Shown: piece by piece, positions 10,900-20,245 of the stretch
How positions within the stretch are numbered: position 1 is the first letter of the stretch
Layout: every line of letters starts with the position of its first letter
Assembly: GCA_934747265.1 (NCBI GenBank)
Contig: CAKVGI010000001.1
Location: 5,499 to 69,498 of the forward strand
Source of the DNA: an uncultured Rickettsiales bacterium
GTDB taxonomy: Bacteria > Pseudomonadota > Alphaproteobacteria > Rickettsiales > UBA1997
DNA: 64,000 bases
Reading direction: 5' to 3'
Notes under the pieces: generated by a model
The model's input: the letters and a program-made list of their open reading frames with translations, nothing else
Databases searched by the model: none
Told to the model about the DNA's origin: nothing
Position numbers and translations under genes: made by a program

Positions 10900-11975
10900 C
10901 CTTGCTCTATTTTGTAAAGGAAACTAATGAAATTATTCTTCCGTTCCTTTTTATAATTGAAAAGCTGACGCAGTTAATGCTCTATAATCTTTGTCTCCTT
11001 TTATAATGGAAAAGTTGATGTGAATATTCTAAATTTATCTCCTTTTCTAAGGATAGAGTTAGTCGTAGAACATTCCACCTTGCCCACATTCATAAGGGTG
11101 GAGCTAACACAGAACCCCCCCTTACCCCCCTTATCAGGTGGGAAAATGAAGGAGCCTTATCAGGGTGGAATTAGTGTATATCCCTCTTATCAGGTGGATG
11201 GATTGAGGGGCAGTCCACATTTGTAAGGTGGAACTGATGTGAAATATTTCCCTTTCTGCCCCCCATTTTGTAAAGGAGGAACTGGCTTAGTCAATACTTC
11301 ATCTCCGCCCCCCTTCGTAAGGGGGGAGTCAGTCATAGACTGACAGGGGGTTGAGAACATTTATTTGTTTTACAAAAAACAAATAAATAATTGAAAATTA
11401 AAAATTGAAAATTGGAAATAAATATAAAGTTAAAGAGCTTGTATTTTAAATTTAAAACTAAAATTAAGAATTATAATAATAATTAAAATTTGGATTAAAG
11501 ATTAAAAAATATAAAGTTAAGAATTTAGAATTAAAAATGTCAAATTAAATATCTCAAATTTAAAATATTAATTAATAATTAAGAATAATGACAATATACT
11601 ATATATCAGACAATAACTATTATATAAAAATATAATTAATTAATAATTTTATAAGAATTATAAAATAATAAAATAATATATTAATATAAAAAACATAGCT
11701 TAAATATAATCAAAGTATTCTAAACCCCCCTTACCCCCCTTATCAGGGGGGAATGAGAGGAACTTATCAGGGGGGTGAGGAGAGACCTTATCAGAGGAAT
11801 GGAATGAAGGGGCCTTATCAGGTGGGTAAGAGAACCTTATCATGGGGATGAGAGGGCCTTATCAGGTGGGATGGGGTATATACTTATCATGGGAGATAGA
11901 GGGTATTCCTTATCAGGGAAAAATAGAAGAGTATATCTTAGCAGTGAGGGGGTGGAGTGTACACTTATCATAGGG
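10900..11975 (+). repeat. Type-1 mosaic intergenic element, copy A (largest copy, nested)
   Basis: Left array of about 45-bp units (TTNTAAGGGGGGAGCTGA-type) at 10900-11349. AT-rich core at 11350-11722. Right array of about 22-bp CCTTATCAGGGG units at 11723-11975. Confidence 0.85.
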
Positions 11976-12199
11976 AATGTTATATATGGCCTAAAATCAA
12001 AGAGTGGATTTAGCAAAAAAAATAATAAAATATCTACAACTTATATATTTATTAGTATTTTCTGTAATTCCATCCTCAAATACTAAAATGTATTTGGGAC
12101 TAATTCCATAATATTTAATTAAAAATAAGTAAACAAAAGACAAGATATTAGTTCTAAATGAATTAAATAATTTTGATATAAGTGATTGCTAAAACAAAA

Positions 12200-12233
12200 T
12201 AAAAAACTAAGCTAGTGTAAAACCAGCTTAGTT
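12200..12233 (-). terminator. Putative intrinsic terminator of rpsP
   Basis: On the minus strand, an AACTAAGCT / AGCTTAGTT stem followed by a T-run. Confidence 0.5.
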
Positions 12234-12242
12234 GTGTAAATA

Positions 12243-12596
12243 TTAAGCATTTTCAGTTGTTGTTTCTGCTTGCGCATTTTCAACTTTTGATTCTTCCTTT
12301 TTTGCTTTTTCTTTTGGAACAAATACTGGTTTATATTTTTCGGCGCCTTTTACACCAGCTTTAATTAAAAGCAAAGCAGCTCTATCTGTTGGTAATGCAC
12401 CAACGCTTAACCAATATTCTGCTCTATCTTTTTTGATAACTAATTTTTCAGAATTATCATCGTTTAATAATGGATTATATGTTCCGATTTTTTCTAAAAA
12501 TTTACTATCTCTTCTATTTCTAGAATCAGTAGCTACAATATGATAAAAAGGAACTTTATTCCTTCCAAATCTTGCCAATCTAATCTTTACAGCCAT
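12243..12596 (-). CDS. rpsP: 30S ribosomal protein S16
   Basis: [42 protein letters not shown] is the canonical S16 N-terminus. Confidence 0.95.
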   Translation of the reverse strand: MAVKIRLARFGRNKVPFYHIVATDSRNRRDSKFLEKIGTYNPLLNDDNSEKLVIKKDRAEYWLSVGALPTDRAALLLIKAGVKGAEKYKPVFVPKEKAKKEESKVENAQAETTTENA

Positions 12597-12796
12597 TTTC
12601 TAAAAAAATTATTAATAAATATTCAATTAATATGAGGGTATATTATGAGAATATCGCTTATCATAATATAATAAATATTTTATTTTTCAAGCATTTAATT
12701 GCTATATTGATAATTCTTCGTGCTCCTTATAGTGTCAGATTTCCAAATCCAGCACCTAATGCTACCAAATTTTAAACTATAAAAAATATTGTGATT

Positions 12797-13325
12797 TATT
12801 TTATTACTTTTATTTCTGTTAGTCTTAGGTGTTGGGTTCAGAGGCCCAACATCACACCTAAGGAGACCTAACACCACACCATCAAAGGAGACTCAACACC
12901 ACACCTAAGGAAATCCAACACCAAAAAAGATTCAGAGCCCTAACACAATGAAGCTTAAAGGTCTAACACCACGAAGCTTGAAGGTTTAAAAACACGAATA
13001 TTGAAGGTCTAATACCACAAAATTCAAATACCAAACACAAAACTCACCAATATACAATATTACACATAAGACTATAAATCTTGGAAATAAAATATTGTAA
13101 ATAATATTAATTAACAATCCCATTATCACAAAATAAAAAAGGAACACTTATCAGTACTCCTTTTTTAGCTTAAGTCTCATTTTTTGTATAAAACAACTCT
13201 AGAAATATGTTTTAACAATTACCACTACCGCAACTAGAATATAAAACACAAATTTTTAATAGTCAACAATTAATTTAAATTATTTTTATGTATTTTTATG
13301 AAAAAAATATTTATAGGTTGTGGGT
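12797..13325 (-). repeat. Type-2 dispersed element, copy 2
   Basis: Same architecture and orientation as 8139-8620. The array is at 12820-13050 and the conserved module at 13103-13325. Confidence 0.8.
13238..13266 (-). promoter_or_regulatory. rRNA-P1-like promoter inside type-2 element copy 2 (minus strand TTGACT-N17-TATATT)
   Basis: The minus strand reads TTGACTATTAAAAATTTGTGTTTTATATT. The 16S P1 reads TTGACTATTAAAATTTTGTGTTTTATAAT. Confidence 0.45.
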
Positions 13326-13697
13326 AGAGTTGGGTGGTTAATTGTATAATAATAAAATTATAATAAAATTATTTTGGAAAATTATGATAATTTTTGTTTT
13401 ATTTTAATGTTTTATTAATTTTAAATTGATTTGTGAATTGATAACTATTTCTATTATCTAAAAAGTGTGTGGAGGTTTTGTTAATTTTAAATTGATTAGT
13501 GAATTGATATGTGATTAAAAACTAAATTATATCATGTATTAAAAGTATAGGTTTGTCTTTTGTTTTTATTAATAGATAAAGTAAATATTATTATAGTAAA
13601 ATTAAAAGATTTGATAGATAAAAATGGAAAATTACTTTATTTTTAAATATTGAGAAATTCTACTATTTTTTAGTTTTTAATATAATATTTATTAGCT

Positions 13698-14672
13698 TTA
13701 AAGAGCCGTTTGTATAACCTGTACTCTATTTCCTTTTGTTCTTCCAAGAATAAAGTCAACAGCAAAGAATATACCAAAGCTGTCATCGTAGCCGTTTGCT
13801 CTCATTTCATGTGGTGTTAATAAATCAATTGTTAGTTCACCTTCCCAGTAAGCAAGTGCATTAGGTGCTAAAGCTAGACAATTTCTTTTTTGTGTTGCTT
13901 CTGTTAACATTGGTGTATTAACACTAATATCTGGATCAGTACTATCATTACCAGCAACTTCAAGTACTTGGAAACCATAGAACATATTTCTTGTAGCGCC
14001 ACTCTTAAAATCATCAGCTAAAAATTGAGATGTTTGACCTAAATCTAAACTTTGGTCTTTAATGATCTCGCTCATTTCAGCTTGTGATACAATCACATCA
14101 CCACCTAAATCATATAAACTTGCATCAACAACTTCATTTGCTACAAATTTATTTCTAATGTTAATAAATGTATTTTTGTCAAAAGTTCCAGATGTTAAAT
14201 CTGTTGTGATTACACCATCATTTGAAGAACTTACGGCAGATACTGTTCCATCAGCTTGAATAATTTGCGCATCAGCAATAACAGCATCACTAATGGCTTT
14301 ATTTCTTCTTTTAAGAAATTTATTTTGAATTGTTCTTAAAATATCTTCTTTTGGAGAACTTAAAGTATTTTTAACTTCTTGCTCTGTATCAACAAGAACA
14401 GGATAGTTAACTCTTATTCTACTGAATTGTCTACCACCTCTATCAAAAGCTTGCCATTGAAATTGTCTGTTTCTTTCATTTAAATTAACATCATTCATAG
14501 TACCTTGATTATTATCATAGTCCCTAAAAATATATTTCTCCCCACCAGTATAATCAGTAATTCTTTTTATACTTCTTAATTTATTTAGAATATCAGGAGT
14601 ATTGTTTCTAATTGCTGTATATTGAATACTCCACTCATTCACCCAATCAGCTTTATTAACTGTAAAAGTCAT
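13698..14672 (-). CDS. Phage major capsid protein-like (probable HK97 fold, possibly T7 gp10-like); orphan
   Basis: 324 aa. The layout and motifs (FYGFQVLEVAG; C-terminal segment ALAPNALAYWEGELTIDLL....ANGYDDSFGIFFAVDF) resemble T7-type capsid proteins from memory. Good RBS (AAGGA, 8 nt upstream of the ATG). Confidence 0.5.
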   Translation of the reverse strand: MTFTVNKADWVNEWSIQYTAIRNNTPDILNKLRSIKRITDYTGGEKYIFRDYDNNQGTMNDVNLNERNRQFQWQAFDRGGRQFSRIRVNYPVLVDTEQEVKNTLSSPKEDILRTIQNKFLKRRNKAISDAVIADAQIIQADGTVSAVSSSNDGVITTDLTSGTFDKNTFINIRNKFVANEVVDASLYDLGGDVIVSQAEMSEIIKDQSLDLGQTSQFLADDFKSGATRNMFYGFQVLEVAGNDSTDPDISVNTPMLTEATQKRNCLALAPNALAYWEGELTIDLLTPHEMRANGYDDSFGIFFAVDFILGRTKGNRVQVIQTAL

Positions 14673-15002
14673 TTTATTTTCCTTATATTTAATTATATTA
14701 TATTAATAATAAATAATTTATCTTAAATTGTCTTATAAATATAAGATCTAATAAATAGACTGCCTTATAATATAAGGTTTAATCAAAATTCAAATTAATT
14801 ATAAAATGTCTTGAAATAGTTTTGTATGATATTTTTTAAAAAAATTGGCTTAAAATATTAAGAGCAATAGTTGGGGTTAATAAACCTAATACCTTTTATC
14901 AATTATTTGTTTACTTTTAAATTATATAATTATAATATATACATAAGTGCTGCATTTTGAGGTGGCATGATTATTAGGTTATTAACAATAAATACTCAAA
15001 AT

Positions 15003-15278
15003 ATGTCTATTGAAAAAAGTAAAAAAGGGGAACTTATAAAAGAATTTGGAGTTTCCAATAATGATACAGGTTCTGTTGAGGTACAAGCTGCCGTTTTAAC
15101 AGAAAGAATTAAAAATATTACAGAACATTGCAAAGTTCATGCAAAGGATTTTTCTTCAAGAAGAGGTCTTTTGATGCTTGTTGCTAGAAGAAAAAGATTG
15201 TTGGCTTATTTAAAGAAAAAATCAATGGATAGATATTTAAAATTGATAGAAAAATTAGGTTTGAAAGATAATAAATAA
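15003..15278 (+). CDS. rpsO: 30S ribosomal protein S15
   Basis: GSVEVQAAVLTERIKNITEHCKVHAKDFSSRRGLLMLVARRKRLLAYL. I moved the start to the internal ATG because the track ORF starts 36 nt upstream. Confidence 0.93.
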   Translation: MSIEKSKKGELIKEFGVSNNDTGSVEVQAAVLTERIKNITEHCKVHAKDFSSRRGLLMLVARRKRLLAYLKKKSMDRYLKLIEKLGLKDNK

Positions 15279-15286
15279 GGAATTTG

Positions 15287-17395
15287 ATGTTTAGTATTGT
15301 AAAAAAAGAGATGGAGTGGGGTGGTAAGACTTTAAGTCTTGAAACTGGAAAAATCGGCAGACAAGCTAGTTCTGTTATAGTTAGATATGGTGATACTACT
15401 GTTATGGCTAATGTAACAATAGCCAAAAAAGAAACAACTGGTATTGATTTTGTTCCACTTACAGTAAGTTATATTGAAAAGTTTTATGCAATAGGAAAAA
15501 TACCTGGTGGTTTTGTAAAAAGAGAAACAAAACCATCGGATAATGAAACTTTGATTGCTAGAACAATAGATAGACCAATAAGGCCATTATTTCCATCTAA
15601 TTATAGACATGAAACCGATGTTTTTTGTACTCTTTTAACTTACGATGAACAAACGCCAGCTGATATAGTTGCTTTAATAGCTACATCAGCTGCATTATCT
15701 ATTTCGCCAGCACCTTTTGAAGATGTTGTTGCTGGTGCAAGAGTTTCTTATAAAAATGGTGAATTTATTTTAAATGGTATGCATCCATTGTGCGATGATG
15801 GAAAATTGGATTTAACCGTTGCCGGAACAAAAGATTCTATATTAATGGTTGAGTCAGAAGTAAAAGAATTAACTGAAAATGAAATGCTTGATGCTTTGGA
15901 TTTTGGTCATAAAGAATTAGGCAAAGTTGTAGATTTTATAAAAGATTTTGTTAATGCATGTAAGGTTGAAAAAATTGTACCAACTGCTGTTGATTTCTCA
16001 GAGTTAGAAAGCAATATTAAAGAATTTGCTACAAATGATTTGAGAGAAGCTTACAACATTACAACAAAACGAGAAAGAGTTGCTAAACTTGAAGAAATTC
16101 ATGACGAAATTAATGAAAAGTTTGTTGGTGAAAGCGACGATGAAATTTTAATAAATAAAGTTAGTGAAATAACACAAGATATAGAGAAAACCATAGTTAG
16201 AACTATGATTTTAAAAGAAGGACGAAGAATTGATGGTAGAAAAATTGATCAAGTTAGACCAATTACACCAGAAGTTGATGTTCTCCCAATAGTTCATGGT
16301 TCTGCCTTATTTACAAGAGGTGAGACACAAGCTTTGGTTATTACAACTTTGGGTTCCGAACATGATGAACAAATAGTTGACAATGTATCAGAATCTATTG
16401 ATTCTCAAAACTTTATATTGCATTATAATTTTCCACCTTATGCTGTTGGTGAAACTGGCTTTTTAAAGGCACCAGGTAGAAGAGAAATAGGTCATGGTAA
16501 ATTGGCTTGGAAAGCAATACATAATATAGTAAAACTTGATGAAAATTTCCCTTATACAATAAGAGTTGTATCAGAAATTACAGAATCAAATGGTTCATCG
16601 TCAATGGCAACTGTGTGTGGTACATCTATGTCATTAATGTCAGCTGGTGTTCCTATGAAAGCTCCTGTTTCTGGTATTGCAATGGGCTTGATAAAAGAAG
16701 GTGATGATTTTGTGGTTTTAACAGATATTATGGGAGATGAAGATCACCTTGGAGATATGGATTTTAAAGTAGCTGGAACAGAGAATGGAATTACTGCTTT
16801 ACAAATGGATATTAAATGCAAAGGCATAACAAAAGAAATTATGTCAAAAGCTTTAAGCCAAGCAAAAGAAGGTAGACATTTTATATTAACAAGAATGTCA
16901 GAAGCTATTAGTGAATCAAGAGCAGAAGTTTCAAAAACAGCGCCAAGAGCTTTGACTTTTAAAATAAAACCAAACAAGATCAAGGATGTTATTGGAAGTA
17001 AAGGAAAAGTTATAAAAGATATAATTGATAAAACTGGAACAACAATTGATATAGATGATGATGGTACAGTTGTAATTATGTCAAATAACCAAGAATCAAG
17101 TCAAAAAGCTAAAAAAATGATTGAAGAAATAGCTTGCGATTTGGAGATTGGAAAAATTTATGAAGGAAAGGTTTTAAAGATTTTAGATTCCGGTGCTTTC
17201 ATTGACTTGCCTGGTAAAACTGATGGCTTTGTACATATTAGTCAATTAGCTAATTACAGAGTTGAATTTGTTGATGATATATTAAATGAAGGAGATATTG
17301 TAAAGGTTAAATTGATTGGTTTTGATAGAAACAACAAGCCAAAATTAAGTTATAAGGCAGTTGATCAGAAAACTGGTGAGGATTTAGAAAAATAA
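15287..17395 (+). CDS. pnp: Polyribonucleotide nucleotidyltransferase (PNPase)
   Basis: Two RNase PH domains plus KH and S1 domains. Canonical rpsO-pnp order. ATG at 15287 is preceded by AAGGA. Confidence 0.97.
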   Translation: MFSIVKKEMEWGGKTLSLETGKIGRQASSVIVRYGDTTVMANVTIAKKETTGIDFVPLTVSYIEKFYAIGKIPGGFVKRETKPSDNETLIARTIDRPIRPLFPSNYRHETDVFCTLLTYDEQTPADIVALIATSAALSISPAPFEDVVAGARVSYKNGEFILNGMHPLCDDGKLDLTVAGTKDSILMVESEVKELTENEMLDALDFGHKELGKVVDFIKDFVNACKVEKIVPTAVDFSELESNIKEFATNDLREAYNITTKRERVAKLEEIHDEINEKFVGESDDEILINKVSEITQDIEKTIVRTMILKEGRRIDGRKIDQVRPITPEVDVLPIVHGSALFTRGETQALVITTLGSEHDEQIVDNVSESIDSQNFILHYNFPPYAVGETGFLKAPGRREIGHGKLAWKAIHNIVKLDENFPYTIRVVSEITESNGSSSMATVCGTSMSLMSAGVPMKAPVSGIAMGLIKEGDDFVVLTDIMGDEDHLGDMDFKVAGTENGITALQMDIKCKGITKEIMSKALSQAKEGRHFILTRMSEAISESRAEVSKTAPRALTFKIKPNKIKDVIGSKGKVIKDIIDKTGTTIDIDDDGTVVIMSNNQESSQKAKKMIEEIACDLEIGKIYEGKVLKILDSGAFIDLPGKTDGFVHISQLANYRVEFVDDILNEGDIVKVKLIGFDRNNKPKLSYKAVDQKTGEDLEK

Positions 17396-17419
17396 TATTA
17401 TTTAATAATAAAGGTGAAA

Positions 17420-17770
17420 ATGGTTGAAGAAACAAAAAAAGATTTTAGACCAAGAAGAAGATTTAAAATCAGTAAAGGCGAATTTAATCCAAATATAGAG
17501 ATCGGAAAGATTTACGAGGGAAAAGTTGTAAAGATTTTACCATCTGGTGCTTTTGTAGAATTTCCAGAAAGTCCAAAGAGAGATGGCTTTGTACATATTA
17601 GTCAATTAGCTAATTACAGAGTTGATAAAGTTGAAGATATTTTAAAACAAGATGGAGTATATAAATTTAAGTTAATTGGATTTGATTATAGCAGAAAACC
17701 AAAGTTAAGCTACAAAGCAGTAAATCAAGAAACTGGTGAAGATGTAGAAAATAAAGAAGAAAATAAATAA
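17420..17770 (+). CDS. Stand-alone S1 RNA-binding domain protein, a paralogue of the PNPase C-terminus
   Basis: [21 protein letters not shown]....[17 protein letters not shown] aligns with the PNPase S1 domain. Nucleotides 17582-17625 are identical to 17222-17265. Confidence 0.8.
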   Translation: MVEETKKDFRPRRRFKISKGEFNPNIEIGKIYEGKVVKILPSGAFVEFPESPKRDGFVHISQLANYRVDKVEDILKQDGVYKFKLIGFDYSRKPKLSYKAVNQETGEDVENKEENK

Positions 17771-17787
17771 TATTTGTATTTTTTAAA

Positions 17788-17818
17788 ATAAGAACTCATT
17801 ATGGGTTCTTATTTTTTA
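17788..17818 (+). terminator. Intrinsic terminator after the S1-domain gene
   Basis: ATAAGAAC / GTTCTTAT stem followed by TTTTTT. Confidence 0.6.
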
Positions 17819-18058
17819 CTATAATATAGCTAGTCAAACTGTTGTTTGTTAGAGTATGCTTACTTATTCTAAATTATTAGATTAATAGATCTATAATTTT
17901 TATTGTATGGAAATGATGCATTTTTCAGTAAAATTATTATGCAAAAAAATTAAAAAACTTCTAGAAAAACATATTATAGATAATTCAATAAATTAAAGTT
18001 GCAAAAAAGTGTTTTTATTTTAATTATAATAAGTTATAGATATTAAATTTACCAAATA

Positions 18059-20089
18059 GTGCTAAAAGCAAAAATATTGTTAAAAAAATTGGACAATTTC
18101 ATAAATGATAATTTTTTTGGTGATTATCATAATTGGATTTTGTGGTGTCCAGTTATTTTTGGATTTGGTATTTTGACTTATTTTAGATTTCCAAATTTGA
18201 ATATTTCGGTTTTTATTGCAATTTTTCTGTTATGTTTAATTTTATTAATTATTTTTAGAAAAAATAAAGAATATTTAACTGCAATATTTTCAGTTTTTCT
18301 TTTTGTTGTTGGCTATGTAGATATTTATTTATATACAGAAAAATTAAATTTTCCTAAGATAAAATATAAGATGGGATATGTTGATATTTATGGAATTGCA
18401 GAAGATATATCTTATTATCAAAAAAACAATGAAACAAGAGTTAGAATAGTTGTTGGGGTTGATAAAATAAATAAAGTTAAAAGACTAAATAAGGATCAAA
18501 GAGTTTCAAATAATAAAACAGCATATTTTACAAAAGATGGTGTTATGCATAATATACCAAAAAATGTTAGAATAAATATGAGTTCTAAGAGTGAGATTCC
18601 AGCATTTGGTGAATATGTAAAAATAAGAGCAAACTTAATTCCAATACCAAAACAAGCATTTCATGGTGCATATAATATTGAAAGAGTATTATATTTTCAA
18701 GGAATTGGCGGAATTGGTTTTAATGGCTACATTAAAGAAAGAGGTTCACCTAAAATGAATACGATTTATGATAAAATTAAATATAAAATATATAACATTA
18801 GAGAAAAATTAAATAATAGAATAATCAAAGCTACTGGCAGTGAATCTGGTCCAGTTGTTGGATCTTTTATTACAGGGATTAGAGGAAGAATAAGTTCAAC
18901 AAATTATAATAATATGACTTACGCTGGACTTGCTCATTTAATTTCTATTTCGGGTTTGCATATGGCAATAGTTATGGGGTTCGCTTTTTCTATTGTTAGA
19001 AGAATTTTAGTGTATTTTGAAAATTTTACTTTAACACACGATATAAAGAAAATATCTGCAATTTTTGCAATAATTGTTGGTTTTATTTATTTGTGTATGA
19101 CTGGATTTCCTATATCCGCGAATAGAGCGTATATAATGTCTGTATTATTCTTTATATCAATATTAATAGAAAGAGAGATAGATTCTCTTAGATTTTTAGC
19201 TCTCTCAGCTTTTTTGTTGTTATTCTGCAAACCTAATTTTATATTGGAACCCAGTTTTCAATTATCTTTTCTTGCTGTTTTGGGGCTAGTTTCTGGATAT
19301 AAATTTTTAAGAGAACACAATGTAAGTACATTTACAAAGAATAAATTTTTAAAGCCTTTATATTACCTATTTGGCGTATTATTATCATCAATAATTACTG
19401 AAATATCAGTTTCACCAATAGCTATTTATCATTTTAATAATTATACCCCTTTTAACATGCTGACAAATTTAGTGGCAATACCATTAGTTGGTTTTATAAC
19501 TTTACCACTAGCTACTATATCCGTTTTGTTAATGCCATTTAATTGTGAAAAGATTTTACTTATACCAGCTGGAATATCAATTGACATTGTATTAAAAATT
19601 TCAAAATATGTTGTAAGTTTACCTTATGCAACATATGTTTTTCCGTCGCCTTCATTACTTGGTATATCATTAATTTTATTTGGTTTTTTGTGGTTTACAT
19701 TATGGGAACAAAAATGGAGATATTTTGGGGTAGTTTTGTTTGCATCCGGTATAATTGTATCAGTATTTAAAGAAACACCAGATATAATTATAGATAAAAA
19801 AGATAAATTTGTAGTGATTGTAAGAAATAATGCATTATATTTTTCCAGAGATAGCAATGATTATAAAGTTTCAACAATAGAAAAGAAGTTTGGGCAAAAA
19901 AATCATAATAATTTTGTACAATATTGTTATGATTTTCAAGATAATAATTTGGAATATTGTAAGAAATTTATTTATAATATTAATACAATTTTTAGAAATG
20001 AGGATATTGTTGAAAATTTTAGAGAATTAAATATTAAGTATAAAGTTTTTGATAAAGATTTAAAAGTTTTGTTAAATAAGACAAATTAA
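18059..20089 (+). CDS. comEC: ComEC/Rec2 family DNA internalisation channel protein
   Basis: Polytopic membrane protein with the competence-domain motif GLAHLISISGLHMAIV. The start (GTG) is uncertain. Confidence 0.75.
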   Translation: MLKAKILLKKLDNFINDNFFGDYHNWILWCPVIFGFGILTYFRFPNLNISVFIAIFLLCLILLIIFRKNKEYLTAIFSVFLFVVGYVDIYLYTEKLNFPKIKYKMGYVDIYGIAEDISYYQKNNETRVRIVVGVDKINKVKRLNKDQRVSNNKTAYFTKDGVMHNIPKNVRINMSSKSEIPAFGEYVKIRANLIPIPKQAFHGAYNIERVLYFQGIGGIGFNGYIKERGSPKMNTIYDKIKYKIYNIREKLNNRIIKATGSESGPVVGSFITGIRGRISSTNYNNMTYAGLAHLISISGLHMAIVMGFAFSIVRRILVYFENFTLTHDIKKISAIFAIIVGFIYLCMTGFPISANRAYIMSVLFFISILIEREIDSLRFLALSAFLLLFCKPNFILEPSFQLSFLAVLGLVSGYKFLREHNVSTFTKNKFLKPLYYLFGVLLSSIITEISVSPIAIYHFNNYTPFNMLTNLVAIPLVGFITLPLATISVLLMPFNCEKILLIPAGISIDIVLKISKYVVSLPYATYVFPSPSLLGISLILFGFLWFTLWEQKWRYFGVVLFASGIIVSVFKETPDIIIDKKDKFVVIVRNNALYFSRDSNDYKVSTIEKKFGQKNHNNFVQYCYDFQDNNLEYCKKFIYNINTIFRNEDIVENFRELNIKYKVFDKDLKVLLNKTN

Positions 20090-20245
20090 AATAAATATTT
20101 TTTTATTAATATTTTTTTAATTTATTTGGTGCGTGTGAGTTAAAATATGAGTTGATTAATTAATTGATTTGAAGAGTGTAAGAATTAATTTTTAACTTGA
20201 CTTTATCAGATATTCTTTTACATTTTATAAAAAACCAATTTACAA

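Noticed and set aside
10900-11975. CRISPR array interpretation of the CTTATCAGGGG and TAAGGGGGGAGCTGA arrays
   Set aside because: The units are contiguous degenerate repeats with no unique spacers, their period varies (19-30 and about 45 bp), and no cas genes are nearby.
11723-11975. DnaA-box cluster or replication origin (CTTATCAGG compared with TTATCCACA), and G-quadruplex formation by the G-runs
   Set aside because: Only 5 of 9 positions match the DnaA box, and six such loci in 64 kb cannot all be origins. The G-runs are separated by 15-25 nt, too far apart for canonical G4 loops.
11020-12086. ORFs 11020-11226 and 11871-12086, and likewise 36774-37055 and 45934-46215 with the shared peptide PLTKD.YYSFPPDKGGKGGF
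   Set aside because: They translate the GC-rich repeat arrays of the type-1 element. The shared peptide reflects nucleotide repeat identity, and reading frames are not conserved between copies.
12695-12877. ORF 12695-12877 (-)
   Set aside because: It overlaps the start of the type-2 element array and is not conserved in copy 1.
12990-13156. A 53-codon hydrophobic ORF on the minus strand inside type-2 copy 2 (MFLFYFVIMGLLINIIYNILF...), preceded by AAGGAG and starting with GTG
   Set aside because: In copy 1 the SD is missing and the frame ends after 26 codons with a different C-terminus. The T/G-rich strand composition favours such open frames by chance. I kept it only as a remote type I toxin-like possibility.
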